Assembly: GCF_001457595.1 (NCBI RefSeq)
Contig: NZ_LN831039.1
Span: forward strand, 6,870,001 to 6,902,000
From: Mycolicibacterium smegmatis
GTDB taxonomy: Bacteria; Actinomycetota; Actinomycetes; Mycobacteriales; Mycobacteriaceae
Reading direction: 5' to 3'
Length of the DNA: 32,000 bases
Shown here: piece after piece, positions 1 through 9,394 of the stretch
Layout of the letters: each line of letters opens with the position of its first letter
Position numbering within the stretch: position 1 is the stretch's first letter
Position numbers and translations under genes: made by a program
Notes under the pieces: model-generated
Databases searched by the model: none
What the model was told of the DNA's origin: nothing
Seen by the model: only the letters and a program-made list of their open reading frames with translations

Positions 1-1529
1 TTGCCGTACTCGTCTACGGGATGCCGATAGGACAGTCCCTGTTGGCGGCCTCCGAGGGCGCGGCCTTCGGGTTCTTTCCGATCCTGTGGATCGTGATCAA
101 CGCGATCTGGGTTTACCAGATGACCGTCGAGACAGGCCATTTCGATGTGCTACGGCGCTCCTTCAGCTCCATCAGCGACGACCAGCGCATCCAGGCCATC
201 ATCATCACGTTCTCGTTCGGGGCCTTGCTCGAGGCGCTCGCCGGCTTCGGCACACCCGTGGCGGTCACGTCGGTGATGCTGATGGCCCTGGGCTTCCAGC
301 CCTTGAAGGCTGCCGTGCTGGCGCTGGTCGCCAATACCGCGCCGGTGGCCTTCGGCGCGATGGCCACGCCGATCATCACGCTGGGCAAGGTCACCGAATT
401 GGATTTCGACACACTCGGTGCGATGGTCGGCCGGCAGACACCGATCCTCGCGGTGTTCGTCCCGCTGGCGCTCGTGGCAATCGTCGACGGGCGCCGCGGC
501 ATGCGCGCGGTATGGCCTGCGGCAGTGGTCTGTGGCGTGGTGTTCGCCGTCGCACAGTACGCCACATCGAACTTCCTCTCGGTGCCACTGGCCGACGTGG
601 TGGCTTCGCTGGCATCGGCCGCCGCGGTGGTCGCGCTGGTCCGGGTGTGGCAACCCGCCAACACGTACACCGAAGTCGCCGAGCCTGCCGCGGTCACCAC
701 GCATACCGGACCGCCGCCGCACGGCCGCAGTGGCGGCACGGGCGGCAGTGCGGACCTTCCCGAGCCAGATCAGAACGTCGAGGACGCCCGCGCCGACGTC
801 GTCAAGGCGTACGCACCCTACGGGATCATCATCGGCGTCTTCGTGATCTGCCAGATCCCCGCGGTCAAAAGCCTTCTCGATTCGGCGACGTTCGCAGGGA
901 ATTGGCCGGGTCTCAACGTGGTCGACGTCAACGGCGATCCGTCGTCGATGACGAAATTCACCCTGAACCTGCTGACCACTCCCGGCACGCAGATGCTCTT
1001 CGCGGGTGTGCTCACGATGGTCGCACTCAAACTGTCGGTGTCACGAGCGGCCAGGGCCTACTGGACGACGCTGCACCAATTGCGCTGGGCGATCCTCACC
1101 GTCATGGCGGTGCTCGCACTCGCATTCGTGATGAATCTGTCCGGTCAGACGATCACGCTCGGCACCTTCATGGCCGCCGCGGGCGGGGCGTTCGCATTGC
1201 TGTCGCCCATCCTGGGCTGGCTCGGGGTGGCCGTCACCGGATCGGACACCTCCGCGAACTCACTGTTCGGCGCGCTTCAGGTGACCGCCGCGTACCAGGC
1301 CGGCCTGTCGGATGTTCTGATGGCCGCCTCGAACAGTTCCGGTGGCGTCCTGGGCAAGATGGTCTCGCCGCAGAACCTTGCCATCGCGGCCGCGGCAGTC
1401 GGCCTCAACGGCAGGGAAGGCGACATCTTCCGTCGGGTGGTCCTGTGGAGTCTCGGTTTCCTGGTCCTGCTGTGCGCGTTGACGGCGCTGCAATCCTCAC
1501 CCGTGCTGTCGTGGATGGTGCCGTCCTGA
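1..1529 (+). CDS. lldP: L-lactate permease (LldP/LctP family), 5'-truncated by window edge
   Basis: The frame stays open upstream of the ATG at 21 (AVLVYGMPIGQ...). Hydrophobic multi-TM protein with family-typical segments 'FSFGALLEALAGFGTPVAVTSVML' and 'NTAPVAFGAMATPI'; stop at 1529. Confidence 0.9.
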   Translation, partial: AVLVYGMPIGQSLLAASEGAAFGFFPILWIVINAIWVYQMTVETGHFDVLRRSFSSISDDQRIQAIIITFSFGALLEALAGFGTPVAVTSVMLMALGFQPLKAAVLALVANTAPVAFGAMATPIITLGKVTELDFDTLGAMVGRQTPILAVFVPLALVAIVDGRRGMRAVWPAAVVCGVVFAVAQYATSNFLSVPLADVVASLASAAAVVALVRVWQPANTYTEVAEPAAVTTHTGPPPHGRSGGTGGSADLPEPDQNVEDARADVVKAYAPYGIIIGVFVICQIPAVKSLLDSATFAGNWPGLNVVDVNGDPSSMTKFTLNLLTTPGTQMLFAGVLTMVALKLSVSRAARAYWTTLHQLRWAILTVMAVLALAFVMNLSGQTITLGTFMAAAGGAFALLSPILGWLGVAVTGSDTSANSLFGALQVTAAYQAGLSDVLMAASNSSGGVLGKMVSPQNLAIAAAAVGLNGREGDIFRRVVLWSLGFLVLLCALTALQSSPVLSWMVPS

Positions 1530-1656
1530 TCCGGGCTGCTACTTCGGGTATGTGCCGCACCGCTTCTCAACCGCGTCACCGACGTCGAGCAGTCCTGTGT
1601 GGTTCACCGCGGCCTCAGGTAGCCATTCGCCACCCATCGAACCCTCGGATGACCGG

Positions 1657-4389
1657 TCAGGCGATTCCGGTAGGAGCACCGAGCGCAGCGTGCAGTTGGT
1701 TACGTCTGGTGATCCCCAGTTTGGGAAACACCTTGTAGAGATGGGCGGCCACGGTGCGGTGCGACAGGTAGATGCGGTCTGCGATCTCCCGGTTCGTCAT
1801 CCCCGCCGCGGCCATCTGAGCGATCTGCAGTTCCTGCGGGGTGAGGGCGCCGGCATCGGCACCAGAGTGGGTACCCGGTCGAGGCGCCGAGGTGACCCCG
1901 GCGGCCCGCAGTTCGGCAGCCGCGCGCTCGGCAAAAGGTACCGCGCCCGCTCTGTCGAAGGCGGTCAAAGCGGCCGAAAGGTGCACGCGTGCGTCCACGA
2001 TCCGGCGTCGACGTCGCAACCAGACACCGTAGAGCAAATGAGTACGGGCACTTTCCAGTTCGGCGCCGGTACGTTCCGCCGCACCAAGCGCGGCCCTGAA
2101 ACGGTCCTCGGATTCGGCGACGGAGTCAGCCAGCAGCGCGTGTGCGCGGTGGACGAGGAAGCTGTCGATCCCCAGGCGCTCGGCTTGTTCCTCGGCCTCG
2201 GCGAGCAGAGGTCGGGCGATGTCGGCTTTTTCGGCCCCGGCTGCCGCCTCTGCGAGATCGGCGATGGCCCACCGTCGACTCGTGCGATGCAGGGTCATCT
2301 GCGTGAGGTGCCCGAGAGCCTGAGTGTGGTCGGCCTCGCAGAGCGCGGCCAGGCCGGCAGCCCAGTGGACGTCATCATTCCAAAGGATCGTGGGTGCCGG
2401 GGAGAGATGGTGCCGAGCACGGTCGAGGACGTGACGCGCACGCTCGCCCTGTCCCTGCCAGACGAGAGCGCGCGCGAGGATGGCGGCCGCAGAACCTGCG
2501 GTCATCGCGATGTTCATACTCTCGGCCATGTGCAGGGCGGTTTGTGCGCTCATTGCGGCGGCTTCGACATGCCCTTCGGTGAGCAGGATGTTCGCCGCGC
2601 CGCGCAACCCCTCGCATTCGTCTGCCAGCGAGCCGCAGTTGCGGGCCTGATTCTGCACGTGAGTCCAGCATTTCAGCGCGCCGGCGCGATCGGTTACCGC
2701 CTCGGCCGCAAAGGCCAGCGACAGCATCAGCAGCGGGGAGTCGCCAACCGTGTCGACCAGCTGCGGAAGCCTGGCTCTCAGGCCCGCCCCCTTGCCGGTG
2801 TCGTCGGCCAGGGCCAGGGCGATGGCGGTCAGCGGGTCGTGTGGATCGTCGTCGAGACGGCCTATCTCCGCGACGACGTCTCGGCGTGAATGCTCCGGGA
2901 GGCCGTGCATGCGGCATTCGATGGCGGCCGCCCACAACAACTGCCGTCGCCCGGGATCGTCGTCGGCGATCTTGCGGGAGAGGGCGAGAAGCTCGTCGGC
3001 CGACTGCCCGGGCGTCGCGGCGGTCGCATTCAGGACGAATCGCGTGATCGCCAGCGGCGTCTCGCTTTCGTGCTCCCTGATGAGCGGTTCGGCCTCGCGC
3101 AGGATTCTGACGGATTCGGCGATCAGACCGGAACTGCGGGCCACCTCGGCGGCAACCGTCATCCGTCGTAATCGCTCCTGCGGATCATCGGTGAGAGCCG
3201 CAGCCCGTCGCAGTGCCGCAGCGGCTTCCGCGCCGGCGCCGCGGACCCGGGCGCGATCGGCCACTCGTTCGAGGTCGGCGGCCACCTCTTCGTTGGGCCC
3301 GAACGCTGCCTCCGCTCGATGCCATGCAGCCCTCGCCGGGTCGGTCGCGGCTGCCGCCAGGGCCCGGTGCACCGCAGCGCGTGACGCGAGTGCCGCGGCA
3401 CCGTAGACGGTGGAGCGTATCAGCGGATGTCTGATCTGGATTCGACCCCCAGCGACGGTGATCAGACCCGACTCCTCGAGCGACCCGAGGTGTTCTGTCA
3501 GCGAGAACCCGAGATGATCTGCCGCCCAGTCGATCTCCGAGAGGAGGCCGTTCCCCGTCGCGATCAGCAACAGCAACAGTCGGCTCTCATCGGAAAGCGG
3601 CCCGAGTTGTGTCAGGAATGCGCGTTCGACGCGCCTGGTGGTGGGCAGCGGCTCACCCGCGAAAATCGGTGCCCCGTCGCCACTCTCGATGAGTGCGATG
3701 GTCAGCTCGATGACCGCCATGGGATTGCCGTTGGCCTGCTCGAGGATGCGCTGCCGAGCGACCTCATCGACTCGATCGGATCTCTCCGGGTCACGCAGCG
3801 TCAAGGCGAGCAGTTCAGCGGCGTCAGCGGGCTCCAAGGGGCCCATCGTCAGTCGCGGTAGACCGTCGAACTGCACCGAGAAGCCGTCCAACGTGGTACG
3901 CGTCGAGCACAACATCATCAACGGCGCGTTGGAGAGCCTGCGCGCCACGAAGTTCAGTACGTCGACCGACGACGGATCCAGCCACTGCGCGTCGTCGATC
4001 ACCAGGAACAGCCGCCGATTGCCGGCGGCCTCCTCCAAAAGGCCCAGCACGGACAACCCGATGAGCATGCGACCCGGCGGGGGGCCGTCCTCGAGTCCGA
4101 ACGCGGTCATGAGTGCCGCCCGCTGACGCGGCGGCAACGCGTCGACCTGCGCCAGCAAGGGATGAAGAAGTTCATGCAGCCCGGCGTATCCGATTTCCAT
4201 CTGGCTCTGCAGACCGGAACAACCCAGCCGCGCGTAACCGTTGGCGACCGCCCAGTCCGAGGCAGCCGCCAGCAACGTGGACTTGCCGATACCCGGATCG
4301 CCGTCGATCACCAGCGCGGCGCCACCAGTGGAGATATCGGCCAACACATCCGTGACAGCGGCAAGCTCTTCGGATCGCCCCACCATCAC
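1657..4389 (-). CDS. LuxR-family transcriptional regulator with N-terminal AAA ATPase (LAL type, about 910 aa)
   Basis: Walker A 'GDPGIGKST', 'LFLVIDDAQWLD', C-terminal LuxR HTH 'LTPQELQIAQMAAAGMTNREIADRIYLSHRTVAAHLYKVFPKLGI'. GTG at 4389 or ATG at 4386. Confidence 0.93.
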   Translation of the reverse strand: MMVGRSEELAAVTDVLADISTGGAALVIDGDPGIGKSTLLAAASDWAVANGYARLGCSGLQSQMEIGYAGLHELLHPLLAQVDALPPRQRAALMTAFGLEDGPPPGRMLIGLSVLGLLEEAAGNRRLFLVIDDAQWLDPSSVDVLNFVARRLSNAPLMMLCSTRTTLDGFSVQFDGLPRLTMGPLEPADAAELLALTLRDPERSDRVDEVARQRILEQANGNPMAVIELTIALIESGDGAPIFAGEPLPTTRRVERAFLTQLGPLSDESRLLLLLIATGNGLLSEIDWAADHLGFSLTEHLGSLEESGLITVAGGRIQIRHPLIRSTVYGAAALASRAAVHRALAAAATDPARAAWHRAEAAFGPNEEVAADLERVADRARVRGAGAEAAAALRRAAALTDDPQERLRRMTVAAEVARSSGLIAESVRILREAEPLIREHESETPLAITRFVLNATAATPGQSADELLALSRKIADDDPGRRQLLWAAAIECRMHGLPEHSRRDVVAEIGRLDDDPHDPLTAIALALADDTGKGAGLRARLPQLVDTVGDSPLLMLSLAFAAEAVTDRAGALKCWTHVQNQARNCGSLADECEGLRGAANILLTEGHVEAAAMSAQTALHMAESMNIAMTAGSAAAILARALVWQGQGERARHVLDRARHHLSPAPTILWNDDVHWAAGLAALCEADHTQALGHLTQMTLHRTSRRWAIADLAEAAAGAEKADIARPLLAEAEEQAERLGIDSFLVHRAHALLADSVAESEDRFRAALGAAERTGAELESARTHLLYGVWLRRRRRIVDARVHLSAALTAFDRAGAVPFAERAAAELRAAGVTSAPRPGTHSGADAGALTPQELQIAQMAAAGMTNREIADRIYLSHRTVAAHLYKVFPKLGITRRNQLHAALGAPTGIA

Positions 4390-4406
4390 CTCACCGAAGG
4401 TAGCAC

Positions 4407-4433
4407 AGCTGAGTTGGTCCGGCCAACTCAGCT
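4407..4433. promoter_or_regulatory. Perfect 11-bp inverted repeat AGCTGAGTTGG-tccgg-CCAACTCAGCT, candidate operator
   Basis: Arms read directly in the divergent intergenic region between 4389(-) and 4445(+); overlaps a candidate -10 (TAGACT, 4433-4438). Confidence 0.7.
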
Positions 4434-4444
4434 AGACTGTTCAG

Positions 4445-4897
4445 GTGCGCCGAAATACCTGGTCTGAAGATGCGTGTCCGATTGCACGCACCATGTCGGT
4501 GCTGGGACAGCCATGGGCTCCCCTGATCATCCGGGAAGCTCTGCTGGGGCGGTCACGGTTCTCCGAGTTCCGGGACGCACTGGGCGTGGCGTCGGACGTT
4601 CTCAGCGCACGACTGGCCGAACTGGTGAGGGTTGGCGTCCTGGAAGTGGAGGACTACCAGGTACCTGGTGAGAGGCGGCGTAGCCGATACGTGCTCACCG
4701 AACCCGGACGTGGACTGGTTTCCGTGCTGGCGGCGATGGGCCAGTGGGGCCGCGTCCACCTGCCCCGGGAGGACAGTGCCCGTTACCGATTCGTCGAGGC
4801 AGCCACCGGCGAACCGGTCGTCGCGGGCTTCCACCGCACCGACGGTCGGCCGGTAGCCGCCGCAGAGGTGGCGTTGGTGGATCCTCACTCCACCTAG
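4445..4897 (+). CDS. HxlR-family winged-helix transcriptional regulator
   Basis: 'DACPIARTMSVLGQPWAPLIIREALLGRSRFSEFRDALGVASDVLSARLAELVRVGVLE...YVLTEPGRGL' matches HxlR architecture. Confidence 0.9.
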   Translation: MRRNTWSEDACPIARTMSVLGQPWAPLIIREALLGRSRFSEFRDALGVASDVLSARLAELVRVGVLEVEDYQVPGERRRSRYVLTEPGRGLVSVLAAMGQWGRVHLPREDSARYRFVEAATGEPVVAGFHRTDGRPVAAAEVALVDPHST

Positions 4898-4955
4898 CTG
4901 CAACGACGTCCGGCAGTCATCTCACGGATACCCGGACCCGGCACGCGGTGGAAGC

Positions 4956-5687
4956 GTGATGCCCATGACGAGCGACCTTCTCCAGACGACACTGCGGGCC
5001 CACGGTGGCCTCGACCGTTGGAAGAAACTGACGTCGATCAGCGCGCACAGGAGTTTCGGTGGTGCAATCTGGGACATCAAACAAGTTCCGGGAATCGTCG
5101 ATGACGGAGAGTTCACTGTCTGGATCAAGGATCAACGCACGTCGTTGCGTCCGTTCACCGCACCGGGACTGAAGACCGCCTACACCCCGGGTCGCGTCGG
5201 AATAGAGACCCTCGACGGCGACGTTGTCGAGGTGCTGGAGGAACCACGCTCGTCCTTCACCGGGCATTCTCTGGAAACTCCTTGGACGGCACTGCAACTG
5301 GCGTACTTCACCGGGTACGCGATGTGGACGTACACAGCGGAGCCGTTCAATCTCACCCTGCCCGGTGTGCAGACCGAGGAGGGCGAACCGTGGGCCGAGA
5401 ACGGCCGCCGGTGGCGGCGTCTGCACGTGCACTACCCCGCGACCGTCGCCACCCACAGTTCACACCAGGTGCTCTACATCGACGATGACGGGCTCATCCG
5501 GCGCCGAGACTACGAAGTCGACATCGCGGGCGGTTCGCCTGCCGCCCAATATGTGTCGGACCACGACGCGATCGACGGCATCGTGGTACCGCGGACCCGC
5601 ATGATCTACGTTCGCGCCGCCGACAACCACCCGATCCACGAGCAACTGGTGGTATCGATCGAACTGACCGGCGTAACGCTCAATTAG
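4956..5687 (+). CDS. Uncharacterised protein, about 240 aa
   Basis: Complete ORF, same strand and close downstream of the HxlR gene; no recognised motif. Start may be 4956, 4959 or 4965. Confidence 0.75.
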   Translation: MMPMTSDLLQTTLRAHGGLDRWKKLTSISAHRSFGGAIWDIKQVPGIVDDGEFTVWIKDQRTSLRPFTAPGLKTAYTPGRVGIETLDGDVVEVLEEPRSSFTGHSLETPWTALQLAYFTGYAMWTYTAEPFNLTLPGVQTEEGEPWAENGRRWRRLHVHYPATVATHSSHQVLYIDDDGLIRRRDYEVDIAGGSPAAQYVSDHDAIDGIVVPRTRMIYVRAADNHPIHEQLVVSIELTGVTLN

Positions 5688-5690
5688 CGA

Positions 5691-6542
5691 TCAGGGCCGG
5701 TTCCCAGCAAGGAATTCGGTGACCTCGCGGGCGAAGTCCGGTAGGTGCTGGAACAGAAAGCCGTGTCCCGCGTCGCTGTAGAGAACGATCTTGGCGTCGG
5801 GAAGCCTGCCGGCCATCGCATAACTCGCGTAAGCGTCGATCATGCGATCGTGTGCACCGTTGGCCACCAGAACCGGGACGGTGATGTCGTTCAGCCGGTC
5901 CCAGATGCGCGACCCGGTCGAGGCGATCACCTTCAGCTGTGCCGTCATCGTCTCGGCCGACACCGGCACGTGGTCGGGGGCAGTGGTGCGCCTGTCGAGC
6001 CTCCTCAGCGATTCCACACCCAGTTTGCGGCCAGGCTCGGTTTCCGGAAAGAACAGGTAGAGAAAATCCTCGTCGTCGTTGACGGGCTTGGTCGCCACCT
6101 GCCAGATCCGCGGATCAGGCCCGGGCATTCCCGGCACTCCCCCACCGGGTGTGCTACCGGCGACGACGAGCCTGCGCACCAGTTCAGGACGTTGAAGTGC
6201 GACTTCCTGGACGACGATGCCGCCCAAAGACCAGCCCAGCAGGTCGATCTCGTCCAGACCAAGGGCACCGACGAAGTCGATCAGCCCGCCCGCGAGCTCC
6301 GCCATGGTGGTGGGCGGGGTCCCGGTGCTCTTGCTGTGTCCCACGTTGTCGAAGACGACGACGTCGTGCGTTGCGGCGAGCCGATCGAGGAACGCCGGGT
6401 CCCAATGGTCCATGGTGCCGCGGAACCGCAGCGCCAACACAAGCGGCACTCCCGCTCCGGATCCGAACCGGCGGTAGGCGAAGCGCGCGCGCCGGCCCTG
6501 TACGTACTGCGTCTGCGCTTGCGTGGAGGGTGAGTGAATCAT
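5691..6542 (-). CDS. Alpha/beta hydrolase
   Basis: Nucleophile elbow 'LLGWSLGGIVVQE', 'VLVANGAHDRMI', 'DAGHGFLFQ' His region. Confidence 0.9.
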   Translation of the reverse strand: MIHSPSTQAQTQYVQGRRARFAYRRFGSGAGVPLVLALRFRGTMDHWDPAFLDRLAATHDVVVFDNVGHSKSTGTPPTTMAELAGGLIDFVGALGLDEIDLLGWSLGGIVVQEVALQRPELVRRLVVAGSTPGGGVPGMPGPDPRIWQVATKPVNDDEDFLYLFFPETEPGRKLGVESLRRLDRRTTAPDHVPVSAETMTAQLKVIASTGSRIWDRLNDITVPVLVANGAHDRMIDAYASYAMAGRLPDAKIVLYSDAGHGFLFQHLPDFAREVTEFLAGNRP

Positions 6543-6560
6543 CTCGGATCTTCCTTCTTC

Positions 6561-7139
6561 TCAACGGCTTTTCATGTTCGACGGCCACCTTCTCGGCGTG
6601 CGTCCGGTATACGGGACGAGCCTGTCCAACGCGGCCGCGTCCGCGGCGACGGACACGGGATCGTCGAAACCTGCTGTTTCACGGCTCGCCGGCGTGATGA
6701 TGTGGCGAGCCATGGCGAGGACGAAGTCGGCGTGTGCCGCGGTGATGCCGAGAGGCCGGTGCAGTGCCTGCGCGAAATCCCAACCGTGCACGACGAGTTC
6801 GACCGACAGCACGCCCAACGCCAGCCGGGCAGGCATGACCCGGCCCGCGAAAACGACCTCACCGGCAGTTCCGCGGCGCTGCCACACAGCGATGACCGCT
6901 TCGGTACTCGCAGCCACCCGGGCCTCGATGTCATCGTCGTGACTGACGACTTCAAACCGCACAAATCCGGCGTCCGCGGCGGCCCCCACCATCCTGACGG
7001 TTCCCACCAGGTGCTCTCCGAGCGCCGCGACATCGAACCCGGCGCACGGCGTGGGTAGGCCGCAGTCGTCGGGTGTGATGGCACTCAGCACGGGGCGCAG
7101 CGCGCTCAGTGCCGACTGAGGGCTCGACAGTTCGTCCAT
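6561..7139 (-). CDS. TIGR03086-like / mycothiol-dependent maleylpyruvate isomerase-superfamily protein
   Basis: 'PTPCAGFDVAALGEHLVG...' and 'ELVVHGWDFAQALHRPLG' are typical of this family. Start re-assigned to ATG 7139 from the longer ORF (7268). Confidence 0.8.
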   Translation of the reverse strand: MDELSSPQSALSALRPVLSAITPDDCGLPTPCAGFDVAALGEHLVGTVRMVGAAADAGFVRFEVVSHDDDIEARVAASTEAVIAVWQRRGTAGEVVFAGRVMPARLALGVLSVELVVHGWDFAQALHRPLGITAAHADFVLAMARHIITPASRETAGFDDPVSVAADAAALDRLVPYTGRTPRRWPSNMKSR

Positions 7140-7295
7140 GTCTGCCCAGTGTGGTGTGGACGCGCGTGCTCCGGCATAGGTCACTCGACTGATTTCGGTG
7201 CACGTAACCCCACCGGTCGGCGTGTCATCTGTATGGGCCGACTGATGGTCATCACGCCTATACCGCATCCATGGCTGATCTGGTGTCGTGACCTC

Positions 7296-8312
7296 ATGAG
7301 TTCATACCGTGCGTACCAGGTCACTGGTCGACGCAAATTCGAACTGGTGCAGTGCGAGATACGAGACCCCGCCGAAGAGCAGGTGCGCATACGCACGCTG
7401 GCGTGCGGGGTATGTCATAGCGACGCACTCGCCGTCGAGGGGCAGCGGCCGAATCCAGAGGAGCCTGTCGTTCCCGGTCACGAGGTGGTCGGTGTGGTCG
7501 ACGCAGTCGGCAGCGGGATCCAGGAGCGTTGGCGAATCGGCGAACGTGTGGGCGTGGGTTTCCTCGGCGGTCAGTGCGGTCACTGCGACTACTGCCGCCG
7601 GGGCGACTTCGTGAACTGCCTCGACCAGCCCCTGACCGGGACGACGGTCGACGGTGGGTACTCGGAGATGCTGTATGTGCGGGAATCCGCGTTGGTCCGT
7701 GTTCCTGAGGGATTCGACGCGCTCACCGCCGCACCGTTGTTGTGCGCCGGTGTCACGGTGTTCAACGCGTTGCGCGCAGGCGACGCACCGCCCAACACCC
7801 TGGTTGCCGTGCAGGGCCTCGGCGGACTGGGGCACCTCGGCGTTCAGTACGCGAAGAAATTGGGCTATGAGGTTGCCGCGATAGCCCGCGGCACCGACAA
7901 GGCCGATCTGGCCGCCACCTTGGGGGCCGACCACTACATCGACAGTGCCACCGAGGACGTCGCCGCGGGACTCACCCGATTGGGTGGGGCGGCCGCCGTC
8001 GTCGCGACGGCCAGCAGCGGCCAATCGATGGCCGGCTTGGTGGCAGGGCTCAGGCCACGCGGGCGCTTGGTTGTCGTCGGAGCCGCCCCCGACCCGATAC
8101 CAGTACAGACCCCGGACCTGATCTTCGGCGGCCGCACCATCGTCGGCAGCCTCACAGGCTCGGCAATCGACAATGAAGACAACCTCGCATTCAGCCTCAA
8201 CCACCAGATCGCACCGATGATCGAGCGCATGCCGTTCACCGAGGCGCCCCAGGCGTACGAACGAATGATGTCCGGACACGCGCGTTTTCGCGTGGTTCTC
8301 GATTTCAGCTGA
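7296..8312 (+). CDS. Zinc-dependent alcohol dehydrogenase (MDR superfamily), copy 1
   Basis: 'ACGVCHSD', 'PGHEVVGVVDAVG', structural-zinc cysteines 'GGQCGHCDYCRRGDFVNC', 'GLGGLGHLGVQYAKKLG'. Likely start ATG 7296 (MSSYRAYQVTG). Confidence 0.92.
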   Translation: MSSYRAYQVTGRRKFELVQCEIRDPAEEQVRIRTLACGVCHSDALAVEGQRPNPEEPVVPGHEVVGVVDAVGSGIQERWRIGERVGVGFLGGQCGHCDYCRRGDFVNCLDQPLTGTTVDGGYSEMLYVRESALVRVPEGFDALTAAPLLCAGVTVFNALRAGDAPPNTLVAVQGLGGLGHLGVQYAKKLGYEVAAIARGTDKADLAATLGADHYIDSATEDVAAGLTRLGGAAAVVATASSGQSMAGLVAGLRPRGRLVVVGAAPDPIPVQTPDLIFGGRTIVGSLTGSAIDNEDNLAFSLNHQIAPMIERMPFTEAPQAYERMMSGHARFRVVLDFS

Positions 8313-8340
8313 GCATTCCAGACCCTTCCATCGAAAGGCA

Positions 8341-9375
8341 GTGATCATGACAGTCACGTACCGCTCCGTCGAGGTCAGTCAACCCGGTGACGCTCTACGA
8401 ATCACCGAGCGGACCGTACGCGAACCGGGGCCGGGAGAAGTCCGCATCCGCGTGCTTGCTTGCGGAGTCTGCCACTCCGATTCGCAGATCGCCGCCGGGC
8501 ACCTGCCGGGCACCGTTTTCCCGGTGACACCCGGACACGAGGTGGCCGGACAGATCGACGCGATCGGCGCCGGTGTCGAGGAGTGGCAGATCGGTGACCG
8601 AGTCGCCGTCGGCTGGTTCGGCTTCTACTGCGGAAGCTGTTATCGCTGCCGCCGTGGCGATTTCGTCCACTGTGAACGGTCGAAGGTGACCGGGGCGGCC
8701 TTTCCGGGCGGCTATGCGGAAATGCTCGTCGTGCACCAGTCCGGACTTGCCCGCATTCCGGACACACTGAGCGCCACCGATGCGGCACCTCTGGCGTGTG
8801 CCGGGGTGACCATGTTCCACTCGCTACGCGAGTCAGGAGCCCGTCCCGGTGACGTCGTCGCCATCCTCGGTGTCGGCGGACTCGGTCACCTCGGAGTTCA
8901 ATTCGCCGCCAAGATGGGGTTCGTGACGGTAGCCATCGCCCGCGGTAACGAAAAGGCGGACATGGCAATGCAGTTGGGCGCCCACCACTACATCGATGCG
9001 ACCGCCGACGATGTGGCGAAGAAGTTGCGCGCACTCGGTGGCGCGCGGGTGGTGGCCGCAACTGCGACCAACCCGGCCGCCATCAGCGCGACCGTCGACG
9101 GACTGGCTCCCCACGGTGAACTGCTGACCCTCGCCGTCCTCGGCGAGTCCCTGCACGTCACGCCCCTGCAGCTGATCAACAGCTCAGGAACCGTCCACGG
9201 ACATCCCGCCGGTGTCGCCGCAGACATCGAGGACACCCTGGAATTCGCGGCCGTACATGGCATCCGGCCGTGGATCGAGCCGATGCCGCTGCACGAAGCT
9301 GCGACAGGATACGACCGCATGATGCGAAATGAAGCCCGGTTCCGCGTCGTGCTCACCATGCCGCAACCGGCGTAG
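8341..9375 (+). CDS. Zinc-dependent alcohol dehydrogenase (MDR superfamily), copy 2
   Basis: 'ACGVCHSDSQIAAG', 'PGHEVAGQIDAIG', 'CGSCYRCRRGDFVHC', 'GVGGLGHLGVQFAAKMG'. GTG at 8341 or ATG at 8347. Confidence 0.92.
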   Translation: MIMTVTYRSVEVSQPGDALRITERTVREPGPGEVRIRVLACGVCHSDSQIAAGHLPGTVFPVTPGHEVAGQIDAIGAGVEEWQIGDRVAVGWFGFYCGSCYRCRRGDFVHCERSKVTGAAFPGGYAEMLVVHQSGLARIPDTLSATDAAPLACAGVTMFHSLRESGARPGDVVAILGVGGLGHLGVQFAAKMGFVTVAIARGNEKADMAMQLGAHHYIDATADDVAKKLRALGGARVVAATATNPAAISATVDGLAPHGELLTLAVLGESLHVTPLQLINSSGTVHGHPAGVAADIEDTLEFAAVHGIRPWIEPMPLHEAATGYDRMMRNEARFRVVLTMPQPA

Positions 9376-9394
9376 CCGCCGCCCGTTCAGCGGC

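Noticed and set aside
86-1738. Large + strand ORF (550 aa) overlapping lactate permease in another frame
   Set aside because: Arg/Gly/Pro-rich frame-shadow translation; the lactate permease frame has clear family motifs.
1552-3861. Series of + strand ORFs antisense to the LAL regulator
   Set aside because: Typical GC-rich antisense ORFs with low-complexity composition; the minus-strand 910-aa protein explains the region.
7302-8357. 351-aa minus-strand ORF opposite the first alcohol dehydrogenase
   Set aside because: Antisense shadow; no motifs, while the + strand ADH has full family signatures.
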